Shown: in pieces, positions 34,601 to 46,700 of the stretch
How the letters are laid out: each line of letters starts with the position of its first letter
Numbering within the stretch: the stretch's first letter is position 1
From: Phoronis australis
Taxonomy: Eukaryota > Animalia > Phoronida
Reading direction: 5' to 3'
Length of the DNA stretch: 64,000 nucleotides
Assembly: GCA_002633005.1 (NCBI GenBank)
Contig: NMRA01000119.1
Location: 372,001 to 436,000 of the forward strand
The notes under the pieces: model-generated
Database searches by the model: none
The model's input: only the letters and a program-made list of their open reading frames with translations
What the model was told of the DNA's origin: nothing
Made by a program: the position numbers and the translations under genes

Positions 34601-36846
34601 TGTGTTTTGCTATTCATATAAGGTACTAGTTACTAGCCGTAATTGAGGGACAAATGTGAATGAAGTTCAACGTAAATACATGAAATGAAAAGCGGGCACT
34701 GGCTGGCTGGCACTGTGGGAGACCAGCCGGGGCACCCTTCTCATTGCATGTATGTACGTTCATTCACAGCTAGAGATAAATTTGAAAATTAATTAAAAGT
34801 GACTGGTTATATTTATATTGACTCTTTCAGGTATGTAACGGGAGCTATGAAAACCCGTATGTTAATCCTACTGGTCCAGTTCACATTGTAACTGGTTCAG
34901 CCGTAAGTATTTTAGGGTGTTTGGCGTGAGATTACATTTCTTCAACTTTGCCTGTTCATCATACTAGATAAATCACTATACTATGAACTGCAAACTCAAG
35001 TAATTCAAGACTTACAAATCATTTATAAATAAGATAATTGAATTTCCTTAAATCAATGCTAGTTACAAGTAACAGACCGTAATGGAAATAAGTCTGACAT
35101 TTTATGTTATCCGTGTCTTTCACTTTTATCTTTTTTATGTTCCTCTTTTATTTTGCTGTTCTTGTGTGATTCTAAGAAATTTATTATTGTTGCTGCTGCT
35201 GCTGTCGTTTTTATTATTTGTATTGTTATTATTATTATTATTATTTTTCTTATTGTTATTATTATATGATGTATGGATGAATTTTTATTTTTCATTTTTT
35301 CACAAAGGATATGTGTATGGCAAAATGTTGCTTTGCCATATACAAGTTCTGTACCTTAGGTACCAACAAACAATATTTTGGAAGATTGTGAAAAAAGTGC
35401 TATTTTGACATTATTTTTGTCGGAAATTGATGAGATTTTACCATAAATTAAAACACTGACTGTGCAATTAGAGTTTGTCTGGAAGGTAATTGGTCCAAGG
35501 CGAACCAAAAAACCAAACCTGCTTCATTCCATTAAATTTTTAGGCATAAACTTCAGTGTTGAATGGTCTATCCACAAATTACGCTGAGTCAATTTGGATT
35601 GACTTTTCATTCTTTCTAAAAGAAATCAAATTTTATGCAAAAGTTTGCAGTTTTGTTTTTTGTGATCACCCTGTATAATACATTATTGTGTTACGTATGC
35701 ATTTTGATAATTAGTGTGTTGTTTTTCCACTGAATTACAGGGATGCTACTCGAAGCACGACCCATTCATATCCCACCCATATCCGTGGTCCGCTCTGAGA
35801 AATGACGATTACGGATATTCTCGCATGAACATCATCAACTCTACACATCTGTACATGGAGCAAGTCTCTGATGACAAGGTAAGGGCAGTCAGTACCATGT
35901 GATGTGCACAACGCCTTAATCTAAACACTTAACTTCACTATATATGAAGTATGAGTGGCTACAGTCTTTATAGCATTGAAAGATCATGGGGTTCTTGCTG
36001 TGCCTTGAAATTCTGGTCAGTAACTTTTCAATGATACATCACGTGTGTAGAATTTTCTACTCGTAATTGCATACTCCAATTTTTTAGTTTTATTTTTTAA
36101 ATATTTTTTATTCCTTTTAAGTTACTTTTTTAAAAAACATACTAGATTTAGTTTGAAATAGTTAACTTATGCAAAATGATGAATTGTTCAAGGCCTTCTA
36201 TGACTTCAAAATGAAGATTCTGCCATAAAGTTGAATATAGGGTATTTCCCTCACTGATGTGCACTATTTGTTTGTGAAAAAAAGATTAAAATGTCCTAGC
36301 ATCCACCATATTTACTAGATGATCACTTGTTACCTGTGTGGACTAGATCAATGTATTGACATTAACCATGGTTAAATCATGACATGTCTTGTTTTAGCTC
36401 ATCAATTTTGACCTTAAAGTAATTTCTGTTATCTTATTGAGTTTTAGATCATGAGGGCAACACTTTTAGGGACTTTATATCAGTAAAAAGTCTAATGTTG
36501 TGGATTTTCAAGTGTCATGGTCTTTTAACGGTACCCTGATTATGTTTCTGTGATAGCGAAATATGTTACAAGACTGGTTTTCTCTGTTCATCCCCATTGT
36601 TTTTGTAACCAAACTGGGTAACTTGTGATTGTTGCTCTTTCTTGCAATCTTTCACCACAGGGTTACCACCATATTTGGGCAGTGGGTGGAACTTTACTTT
36701 CCTGGTGGAGTCATCAGCCAATCGCTATAGAAATTTCTCTGTATATCTTCCAGGATGGTGCTGTGATTGACAAGATGATGCTGGTTAAGGAAGTGCACGG
36801 TGCTGGAACCTACACTTGTCATAATGAGGTCAAGAGCACCACTTAA
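22648..36846 (+). CDS. ACP7: Purple acid phosphatase (acid phosphatase type 7-like), paralog a, 11 exons, 459 aa, secreted
   Basis: Exons 22648-22789, 25814-26008, 27714-27922, 28320-28417, 30039-30110, 30467-30581, 31109-31225, 31792-31920, 34831-34902, 35741-35878, 36754-36846 (1380 nt). Hydrophobic N-terminus, QPQQIHLSYG; metal-ligand motifs GDMG, GDLGY, GNHE, GHHPMY, AHEHSYER. Confidence 0.92.
23527..24921. mobile_element. Non-autonomous DNA transposon, TIR CAGGGCTCGAC, 5-bp TSD (hAT5-like), contains an N-gap
   Basis: CAGGGCTCGAC at 23527 and GTCGAGCCCTG ending 24921; TCTGA on both sides; subterminal GCGACCTGG/GCGAGCTG repeats at both ends. Confidence 0.75.
23851..24271. other. Assembly gap
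   Basis: Run of N. Confidence 1.
25112..25235 (+). mobile_element. Solo/degenerate LTR of the same tRNA-containing TRIM family
   Basis: TAGACGTGCTTCCAGTGAATCATATGAGCCTCT...AATTGCCTATTAGCT matches the LTRs at 20696-22103; perfect B box GGTTCGATTCC at 25211-25221. Confidence 0.6.
26724..26833. mobile_element. Short palindromic MITE (GGTAAT...ATTGCC family)
   Basis: Inverted arms around GAGAACCAG/CTGGTTCTC; flanks AGCTTCAG / AGCTTCAA (7/8 TSD); similar to 6897-7006. Confidence 0.65.
29280..29329. repeat. Perfect palindrome, 24-bp arms, 2-nt spacer
   Basis: AAACTGCTAGCTACTGAGATAATT-TT-AATTATCTCAGTAGCTAGCAGTTT. Confidence 0.9.
33833..34241. mobile_element. Foldback-type element whose long TIRs are built from ~21-bp tandem units
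   Basis: CAAGGTACCTAAACTACATGGTCAACGGACTCATAAACACG... mirrored by ...CGTGTTTATGAGTCCGTTGACCGTGTAGTTTAGGTACCTTG; possible 5-bp TSD AATTT. Confidence 0.8.
35180..35266. repeat. (ATT)n/(GCT)n compound microsatellite
   Basis: Direct reading; similar (ATT)n tracts at ~34543-34580 and ~54449-54478. Confidence 0.8.
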
Positions 36847-37384
36847 TGTTTCAGGGCTGAAGTTTTAATCATTGGGCTTGAAATGATCCTTTTTGCTTGT
36901 TTGCTTTCTAATGCTCATGCAGTTGCATTATTTTGAAATACCCACGAACACATTTTTATCTCAAGAACTATCTTAGCAACTGTGCAATTGATTGTGATAC
37001 CTGTAAGTGCTGCCCAACAGTTATAAATGCGTATTTTCAATTTTGAGTCGAGTTCACAATATTTTGGCATCGAGAGCTATTAAGTGAGGTTGTTGGATGA
37101 CATGTTCAAACACAAAGCAGTGCAGTAAATGTAAGGAATGTTTTTTGTTCTGAAACTTCATGCTCATTGGATACCCTGTTTCCTACTATGTATGGTCATA
37201 TGTGTTCAACCTTTAGACTTAAGTCCATTTGTTGTTGAAAAATCTTGTCAGGAAGGTATCCACATGTTATGTTTGAGAATCTGTGAATTTTATACTGTTT
37301 GTAGGCTAGATTGTTATGTTCAGTATACTTTATCTTTACCCCAGTAACTTCTTTTTAACTCACAATTTACAGTTAGTAAACTAC

Positions 37385-37781
37385 TATATGATCATGAGGG
37401 TGATGTCAGGTCATATTGTCACCAGGGGGACGGCACTATTGTTTAATCCTGAATGCCAAGTGGCATATTGTTCAGACGAGGTACATATGATCTGATATAC
37501 CCATGGGCTTGTTCTATATTTGTTTTATTACACAACCACCGATGCTTTGTTCCTAACATTTTTTGTCTCTTTATCAGATTATGCTCTTCTTACCTGCTTT
37601 GATGTACTAACATCGTCTGCTCACTTTGTGGTCAGGGTTTATGATTTCTACAGCATCTGATTGGTCAGATAGGGAATAATGACATGTGAAATTCATTTGG
37701 CATTAATAAAAGGTGACATTCCATACTAAGTGTGTCAATCAATCCATTCGGAAGACAGAAGTATCGGTGGTCGTGTAGTAA
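37385..37781. mobile_element. Degenerate element with two adjacent inverted-repeat pairs (possibly Crypton-type non-autonomous)
   Basis: CATGAGGGTGATGTCAGGTCATAT / ATATGATCTGATATACCCATG, then TTATTACACAACCACCGATGCTT / AAGTATCGGTGGTCGTGTAGTAA. Confidence 0.4.
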
Positions 37782-38954
37782 TTTGCGTGTTTTTAGTGCC
37801 AAGGATTGGTTTGGGGAACATTTGATGCTTGAATTTTTTATTTGTTATTGCAATATACTGCATTCATATTCATTTGGACTTAATATCCAGTTTTAACCAA
37901 AGATAGTTTTTGGTTTTGTTTGGATTAATTTGATGGCCAATGTCGCATTTATCAACCAAGTTAAGCAAAATGTTGGTAACTCCAACTAGCTCAAGGACCA
38001 ATCCATGAACTCTCTGTACCAATCTAGATTTTCCACATCGCCCTACTAGTATGTGGCTTTCCAAACTTAATTACAGTCTTTTTGACCCATTTCGTCATTT
38101 AATTAGATGTGGTATAGGTTATAAGTGTTACATATTCAGGTTTATTTGTGCAGTGTGTGTCTGTGCTATTTTATTCAGGTAGATTTATTCATGTGTGCAA
38201 TGTGCTGTTGATCAGTAACAAGATTTTTGTCATTTGTATTCCTGAAAATTATTTAGCGAGGAAGAACAACGATTGTATTGTAGTCACTGTGTGATATACA
38301 AAATAGTCGTGTACTTGTAATTTGTAGGATTATGGGACTGAAGTTTTAAGAATATACATCGCAACTTCGGAGTACTCCATAAATGTGTTTAATGTTGTTC
38401 AACTTTCAGAATGCAATGTGTTCTTACTTAAAGTAAAACTTGTAGATCCAACTCAACCAAAGGATTTTGTAAGACTATATAACCATGATGTAATCATGAC
38501 TTTTGAAGGGCTGAGTGCACAAACTAGAACAATCATAGCACTAAACTTTGACCGAGTTGAGGCCCTCAACTTAAGGGCCAATCCAACTGATGCATGTCCA
38601 ACTTCTGCAAGTTTTAGTGTGCTTCTAATTGTTGATGTCCATTATTTTATGTGATTTCCTTTGTAAAAATAAAAGCAAATCTTGCAAATGTTAATTGTTG
38701 TTCTTTAAATTGCTCCTTATTTTTTATGAAATTCAGCTATTACATAATCAACTGCTTGGCAGCAGTGTTCAAGGAACTGTTTGAGATGGTTTCCGTTTCG
38801 TCAGAAGTCAAATCCATGTGTCGACAGGAGAAAAAATGATTGATATTGTGTCAACAATATTGCTTTTCAGATAATTTTCATGGTCGGAAACAAAGTTATT
38901 GCTGGAGAACAAATGCTACATCATTCAATCAAACACCCAATGATCACAGCTACA

Positions 38955-40445
38955 TTACTTCTGCTGACTACTGTCTTTCTCCTTTGGCTTTGCAGACCGT
39001 GCAAAATGTACCACCATTGGCTTAGAATTCAACACAAAGCTGTTAGTCTCTTTCACAGCAGCAACTGAAGCCTCTTCGTTAGCTAAGGTAATGAATGCCT
39101 GTCCTTTCATGCGCCCCTCCTTCATCAGTCTAATGTCAAACATGATTCGCTCCTCTTCGGAGCTCCAGTCGACATAACGACCAAATATCCTGTGTAAATC
39201 CTGCTCTGTTGTCTGCTTAGCCAAATTTTTTATGTAAAGCCTCGTTGTCGGCTCCCCTGGTGAGTAAGACTTGAACACCGAGAAGTCCTTCATTTGTTCT
39301 CTTGATAAACGACCCTCCTTCAGCTCCTTGAAAGTAATGAACTCTTTCTGTTGCCATTCTTCTTCCACGTCACTTGTTTCTTCCTCCACACTGTCCTTAA
39401 GCATCGGTTCTATCTTTCCAAATCCACCCGGCTGCACTCCTGTACCTGCTTCCACAACTTCCAACAGATCTGAAGGTGGTGTTGGTGTTGCCAATTCAAC
39501 AACTCCAGAAGCAAATCCACCCATTTCTCTGGTTTGGCCAGATAAGTTCTCCTTTGACACTGAAGAGAGCTTCAGTTCTATTTTCTTTTGGCCTTGTTGT
39601 ATTGGTTGCTCAAAGACTTCTTCAACTTGTAAGCTGGGATTACTTGCTCTCACTAATGGGACTGCAGTAGGCACCGTTTGTAACTTATGCTTTTTTCTAA
39701 CCCCTTTTGGTTGCTCTTTGGGCCGTTTCAGTGGGTTTGGAAGAGATTTTAAGGCATCTGTGTCTCCATCACTTTCTAGCTCAGATTCTTCACTGCTTGC
39801 CTCAACGTGTTCAGTGACATCTGCATGCACCGGGCCTTCTTCTTCATCTTCAGCTAATGGAGGTGATGGCGTGATTGGTCCGAACGGTGGTGGAAGATTC
39901 ATTTTATTCATCAAATGCAACACCTGGACATAGAAGGCAGAGTGTGATGCAAGTGCATTGGCAACGTTCGTAAGTATAGAGACTGTTGGTGCCGGATAAA
40001 TATATTCAAGTTTTGCACTCAACGGATGCTGCACACTCCACTTGTTACATACACTGTCAATGTCCTGTAGTATCATCAGTTGCTTTTCTTTGAATTTTTC
40101 TGCTGTTTGTTGCTTCATTAACTTATCATCACCCAGTCCATCACTGACTGACCGTTTAAGTTCTGGGTCATCCAGCAATGTTGGTTTATATTTTTCGTGT
40201 TGTGGTTTCGCATATTCAACACTCAGCGTTGATTCTGATACTTGAAGTTGATGCAGGCGTTTCAAAGCCTTCGAGGCATTGTCACTGTCAGAGAATGTTG
40301 CAAACGCACAGTTTTTAAGTCTTCCCTTGTTGCCCATGTATCGTACATGACACGCACCAAAGTGGGTTAAAAAGTTAACAACGTCGTCAGAATCGAAGAT
40401 GGGCGGCAAGTGCCTTACAATGAGGGTTTTCAAAGGACTAGTCAT
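38955..40445 (-). CDS. RNPC3: RNA-binding region-containing protein 3 (U11/U12 snRNP 65K), single coding exon, 496 aa
   Basis: Two RRMs: TLIVRHLP..KGRLKNCAFATF..RLHQL..LSVEYAK and RLYIKNLAK..FDIRLMKEGRMKGQAFI..KPMVVHFARSAKPK; central FYVQVLHLMNKMNLPPPF and SSEESELESD typical of RNPC3. Confidence 0.95.
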   Translation of the reverse strand: MTSPLKTLIVRHLPPIFDSDDVVNFLTHFGACHVRYMGNKGRLKNCAFATFSDSDNASKALKRLHQLQVSESTLSVEYAKPQHEKYKPTLLDDPELKRSVSDGLGDDKLMKQQTAEKFKEKQLMILQDIDSVCNKWSVQHPLSAKLEYIYPAPTVSILTNVANALASHSAFYVQVLHLMNKMNLPPPFGPITPSPPLAEDEEEGPVHADVTEHVEASSEESELESDGDTDALKSLPNPLKRPKEQPKGVRKKHKLQTVPTAVPLVRASNPSLQVEEVFEQPIQQGQKKIELKLSSVSKENLSGQTREMGGFASGVVELATPTPPSDLLEVVEAGTGVQPGGFGKIEPMLKDSVEEETSDVEEEWQQKEFITFKELKEGRLSREQMKDFSVFKSYSPGEPTTRLYIKNLAKQTTEQDLHRIFGRYVDWSSEEERIMFDIRLMKEGRMKGQAFITLANEEASVAAVKETNSFVLNSKPMVVHFARSAKPKEKDSSQQK

Positions 40446-40772
40446 TCCACCTAATTTTATCGCTGATTTCTTTGTCAGAAAAAGAACAGCATGCCTTGAA
40501 ACAACAGTACCAAAACGACGTAGAATTTACATGCTTGTCAAAGTTAGCGAACTACTTGATGTACACAGGAGGCAGCCATCTTAAAACTAGCCCGACATCT
40601 ACCGCCGATAAAAGAAACACTCATTGTTTTGAAATTTGCATTTGATTGGACAACAGTTCCATCGTCAGAACGAGATTTGACCTTCAACAGGGGTTGTATA
40701 ATGTGCGTCACATGATTTCTGTCAGCAACACAATAGTTGTGTACGGCCACAGATAGAGAAAAGGACCTCAAG
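40446..40772. promoter_or_regulatory. Bidirectional promoter RNPC3/ACP7-like b
   Basis: Divergent ATGs 327 bp apart; YY1-like AAGATGGCTGCC on minus strand at 40571-40582. Confidence 0.55.
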
Positions 40773-43700
40773 ATGGAGGGTTTCTTTGTGGCGTCGCTCT
40801 TTACGTTGCTTTTCACTATCGTATGTGGACAATCTTTTTATCAGCCTGAACAAGTTCACATCGCTTATGGAGGTAAGATGTACATACACAAAGTGTGTCA
40901 CGAACTTCTTCGAAAGTTTTTGCGCATCACCCATGCCAAGAATTGTACACGACACTTGGCTTACCTCAAAATCCAACGGCACTGCCACTAGTGACTAGTC
41001 GGATATTATGGACCGTGATTTAGAGAACTTGGCAATCACGTTATTTTGTGGATGAAACTGGTTCTTTAATGTAGGACAAATTGACTAATGTATGGCTGAT
41101 ATGCTAGCGAAAACACTGACATTTTAAACGGACAAATGAGCTGTCCGCGCAGGGATCATTTTTTCCGGCAATTGACCTATCGCCAGGATTTTGAGTGATG
41201 GTTTAAGTGACCAGTCAGAACCCAGTATTCTTGACACACCTTTGTTTCCAAGCCGCTGTTTTACCCGACAAACAACACGTTGCCAGGTAAAACTTATTGT
41301 TTGCTGGTCGACATTATGCAAGGGGGCGGATCTTGCGATAGGTCAATTAATTTTTTGTTTCATCACAACTTGAATCGCTTTTTAAGTTTATGAAGTACTC
41401 AGAAAAAAGTTTAGATTTGGCTAAGTTCGGAGCATCGCAATTACGTAGAAATGGTGGACTGGACTTGTATTTAAAACTTTCGGATGCTCTGCTTCATGAA
41501 GTTAATACACCAGTCTCCAAAACGCTATTGGAAATTGATTTTCAAATGTTCTACTTTTGCATAAGGGTTATCCAAAATAGGAAAAAAAATTTAAAAATGC
41601 TTATACGAAAACAAAATGTTAATTCAGAAAATTGTAGCAGAATTTTTGAGATATTTTTTTATCATTTTGATCATTTATAGCTGCCGTTGTTTTTCAGGCA
41701 CCTTTTATTTTCGCTTAATTTTACTGTAACACATGGTCATATTACCCATTTAATGAGGGATAGGTATCAAGTTAAAATTCAAATTCCACACTACTATCTT
41801 TGAAAAAATCATACTTTTACTGAGTTAAGAATCTGTAGTTTTTGTTGATATTTGACTAAATACACACAGTCGGTTCTGTCAAAACATGTTCACTCTCTCT
41901 CATTTGTTTATCAGACTTTATCTCTTCTGCTATACAGCATTACTATATCAAGCTGATAGGGGGGCTTGACCATCGTAATGTGCTAAGCAGGATAAACATT
42001 TACGATAGCAGCTGCAGATCCATGATTTTGTCCATGGGTTTAGACAAAAGACAAAGACAGGGGACGCCATTACAGCAATGTAAAAGTGGCCAAAAGGGGC
42101 AGGGGGTCCGCATCCCATGGATCTCCACTAGGTCTGTGTCTTGATAGCCTTAAAACAGTTTTTGGTACAAGCCCTTTTTGGTCACTTACGGAGAGGGGCT
42201 CGGACCTCGTGGTCCAACCCTAATTCCACCTAAACCAAGATATATACCAACCCATTTTTGTCTTTTTTGGATGAGTGACTAGTCCCATAGGGCCGTCCTA
42301 AATTCACCGTGAATAATGATAACGGAGTGATAGTTAATAACTTGGCTGTGCCAAGTTTGAAGCTAGCTTATCAAATTCCCAGACCTTGGAAGTCAGGATC
42401 CAAATTGATCCGACGACCTAGTCACAAATTGTGTCTAAGTGAAACATTCATGAAGATAATCCAATGGATTTTGATATTTTAAGTTTGTGGATCTTTCTTT
42501 TCTAAGTGATACGGCTCTATTTTTGCTATTCATTTGTGATTATGCAAATCGTATCTAAATTAAAGTCCCGTAGTCAAACCACATTGCAACAAACCTTCTC
42601 GAGACCTTTCTATAAGGTAGATAGTTAAGCTTGGGACTGCTGAAATGGAATGTTATCAGAGCTCTAGAGAAATTGGTTATAAACACGGGTTCAGTTTAAT
42701 ATGAATTGGCTACATTACTTAGAACATGCAAAATTTTTGAAGGAAAATTTATCCACAATTGCAATTAAAAAAAAAATTGGGAAAGCTAATTCCTGGCATT
42801 AAGCTCTCTCTCTCTCTTACCAAGCAAAACGAACTTACATTTTCAAAGATGCATGGATTTGGAAAGGGGAGTGATTGTGTTCATTCGTTCCTGCAAGTGC
42901 ATGCCTTCATCATTTATTGAATATTGCTCACAGATGTAAATAACTGGCTATAAAGGCAACTTTCTAAATCAAGAAAAGGGGTCATGCATGGACCATTTCA
43001 TTTGCACTACTCCAAAGAAGAAGAAGTTCATTTTCATTTGTCCTTAGGAGTACTGCATATCTTCGTTTAATACCATATTCGCCGTAATAACCGCCCAGGG
43101 CGCTTAGAAAAGTTCAGTTCCGGGGGNCGCTCTGTGACGTATATGTAATCTATGAAAGACTTTCAACAAAACTGTGGTGCATTGCTATCAAACTTTGCTG
43201 CTAAATTACGATCATTTTACAGAAAATTGTGCTGAAATCCCAGGGCGAAAACTCGCCGACTGACTGCCTCGAAATCGCCGTCTTCGATATGGCGACTTCA
43301 ATTCTTAAACAAAAATGGTTTCGACTCAAGCAAATTACCTGAAATCCTCATTAAGTATTATAAGTAGCGTCTCTAAGATTTTGTTAGTTCCCGTGGAGTC
43401 TGGATTAACGCCAGGTTTAAGTGCAAATCTGTGCAAAATCGTGGACTAGGCGCTTATTTCAGCAAAGTCTGAAAATGCGTGGGGGGGCGCTTATAGGGGC
43501 ATGGGCGGTTATTGTGGCAAATACGGTATGTGTGTTGGTGAGGCTTTAGATTTTCGTCTTCATTTAGGCCGGTCACTTTCACCTGGAATTGGGGTTATCC
43601 TCTTGGAAAACAAATTAAATCCTTCTTGACAGTGTCTGAGTTGCCTCAAACAAATGTCTGAGTTGTCTCAAACAAACTTCTTTGATCATGACCTGGAACC

Positions 43701-46700
43701 CAACCTTTGAGACTACTGTTTATAGAAGGTTGTACTTTGATCACAAGTTGACCATTCATACAGTCATGGGGTTTTGTCCACAAACCAAAAGTACTTTTAC
43801 CCTCTCCTGACCTCTTCATGACTAGTGGTTCATCATTTTTGGCAGGGATGATTTTGGAGCCTGCCGCTTGTCATTAGTTTTTTGTTAGTGCACTAGCATT
43901 GCTTTGCACTGTGACTGCTTTGGTGGGGCCTGCGGGCTCATTTAAATTGTGTCATAGTCACGCCTTATCTTAGTATCTTAGCTTTTGCATTCAGGTTCTA
44001 ACACATACTGAAAAGCAGCTGAATATATCTCCTAAACCTCTTGCAGAATCTTTGTTAAATTTTAGTGTTTTTCTAGGAATGTGACATTAGGAATGAAGAT
44101 CAACTGAAGACGAATGCGTTAACCATTGTGCCCCCTTGTGGCAATTTTAGGTTTTACGTTTTCCTATGCATCTTCTTGTTAAATTTTCATAAAGCTTGGT
44201 CAATTGTAAATTTCTAATTAAGAAACATTAACGCCTTCCCATTTTCAGCCATTTTTTATTGTTTTTGAGTCTGGTTTTTGGCATTTGCCTGTCTATCGAC
44301 AAAATCATTCTAGGGATCATCATGAAAGTTGCTGTGAGTACTTACTGGAAGTACATGGCTGTTGTGGTGCCCTTTTGTGGCATTTTTTGCCTGTAGGTTG
44401 TTTGATTCAAGTTCGTTATTGGATCTTCATGAATCTTGGCAAGTGTTCTTATTGAGTGGTGTACAACTGACGTGGATTTGGGGACAGATATAGTTATTTT
44501 GTTTTTCCTTGCATTTAACATGATATCTGCAAATTTCCTGAGTGGCTTTTCATGAAAGTTTAGAAATAAGTTATCATTCCTCATTTCCAGATGAATTTGA
44601 CTTGTGTTGTGCCATCCTCTTTGCCTTTCTGTTATTTTTGTGTCCTTTGTCGTCTGCCTCCCTATCCTCCAAACGTCTAAAAGGTGAGCATGTCTGACTT
44701 GCTTTGCACCCTGCAGAAGCTTATTGCATCATGGCATTGCTCCGTTTTGTAGGAATGTTTAAGATAACGATCATCTCTTGTCTGCGCTGTATGTGATGCA
44801 CGTGATGGGTGCACGTCAACACTACGCATTGCTACTGTTCTAGAATTTTCCCTGCGCGGTTGTATGAAACAGAGATGAGTGAGAAGGAACTAGTTGCAGT
44901 GAGGACTTTTGTCCACTTCCCATTCATTTTTTATTCATATTTTATTATGGATTTGAAGTTTCTACTAATGGTTCTGACCCAGTCAGATCCTGTGTACCTC
45001 AGTAATGTTTACCTTCTCGTAAACAGGTGAATACTTTTCCTAGACGTCATTTTACATTTGGAGTTTCGGTTTTCCTTATTTTGCTTATGTCATTCCAGGA
45101 AGTCCAACAGAGATGGTGATCTCATGGGTCACTTTGTCCAACACCTCAGACTCCATTGTTGAGTACGGGCCAACAGAGGACAATTTCCGTGAATTTTCCG
45201 TCAAGGGCAGTATGTACGTGTTTGCTGATGGGGGATCGGCGAAGCGCAAACTGTTCATGCACACTGCAACTCTGGTCGATCTTTATCCTGGATCAAAGTA
45301 CTGTAAGTTGGTCATTTTGTCATTTTCACTATGTAACTATATTTTTAGTTGTCTTGAAATGCTTTAACTAACCCTCATTCTCATCTTGAGTTTCGACTGT
45401 TGTCTCATGAAGATCCTAGACAATGATACTTGGAATGCAGATTGCTGTGTTCTCCCTATGGGAGGTCATTGAACTGATTATGTATAGGATTTTGCTTTGT
45501 GAACAGAAACTAACTCTTGAAGATATAACTTTTTTTCCAAATGGTATGAATTTTGAACATGAAATTTTTGAGGTACTTGGCCCAGTACCGTTTGTCTGGC
45601 CCAAGCTTTTTTGCTTGTCACTCCTGGAAATTAGCACCCAATACTATAGAGCATAGCTGTGGCAAACTGTATTACTACTCTTCCAGCTATCTTCATTGTG
45701 TTATTTGTGCTCTGTGTCTGGTAGGTGAATAGTTTATGTAAGTTCCACCTTTCGTAGATCAATAACATTGTACAACCTGCTAGGTGTAGCCTGTTTACTT
45801 CTAGTCATGTGATGGATCAATTCATTTTGCTCTTATAGCATGCTTGACAGGTCATGTGTTATTGGACAGCTAACCATGCCCTCTGTCATGTATTTTGCTA
45901 TACCCTGTTGGGTGAGAAGCACATGACTTGTTTATTAGTCACTCAAATTCTCATCAAATCTGTACTCCTTAAGTTTGAAAATTATGATGCCTTTTATAGA
46001 AAATTTCACCAGGTGTGTTTTTCAATTAATCATGAAGTGGCAATTGTGTCTTGTTTAATTTTCATTTCAGCCTAATAGCTACTAAATTTTTAAATGTCTT
46101 GAAAATATTACTTAGATTTGATGATTGAGATTATTTCTTTCTGATACTGTGCCACTGAAGTCATTTTGTTGGTTACCGTACCGTACTGTCAGAATTTGAT
46201 AGAATACGATGTCTCTAGTTACTTTCTGTCGCTACTCCAGTAGGCAGTGTTTTGAGAAATTTTGCTGCATTTAGTTTTATTGTCTGAAAATTTTCTAGGT
46301 TTTTCTGTGGTGTTTAACTTTACATTGATGCAACACAAGTACATTCCCAGCTTCACCAATTTCATTAAGACTGCATTGATGACTGTATCCATCTGGGTTC
46401 TAACCCAACATTGCCTTTGAATTACCACAAAAACTAAATCTCTGTTTGTGGAGATAGAAAATGCAAAGAATGTTACACATTCCTTCACTTCATCAGTACA
46501 TCTTACTTTTAAAGAAAAGTGTGTCATTCATTTGTGATTTCTAAGCCAATCCCTAAGAAGCTCCTTGCAGACCGAGGAATGCGCAGCCTCATTCGCGTAG
46601 CCCACATCACAATAGTTTCACAACGTCACAAAAAGACGGCAATAATGCAATACAGCAGGCAATAGCAGTATGTTCTAGCACACACTCATCTCTGAGCAAG

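Noticed and set aside
35304-35312. ATATCCTTT on the minus strand (U12-type 5' splice-site consensus) downstream of RNPC3
   Set aside because: Single copy, 3.6 kb from the stop and inside an ACP7a intron; not the tandem USSE arrangement. Similar isolated hits near 17088 and 61960 look like chance.
35082-35408. Leucine-rich, membrane-like ORF (also 54428-54646)
   Set aside because: Translation of (ATT)n/(GCT)n microsatellites.
39271-39933. 220-aa plus-strand ORF
   Set aside because: Antisense shadow of the RNPC3 CDS.
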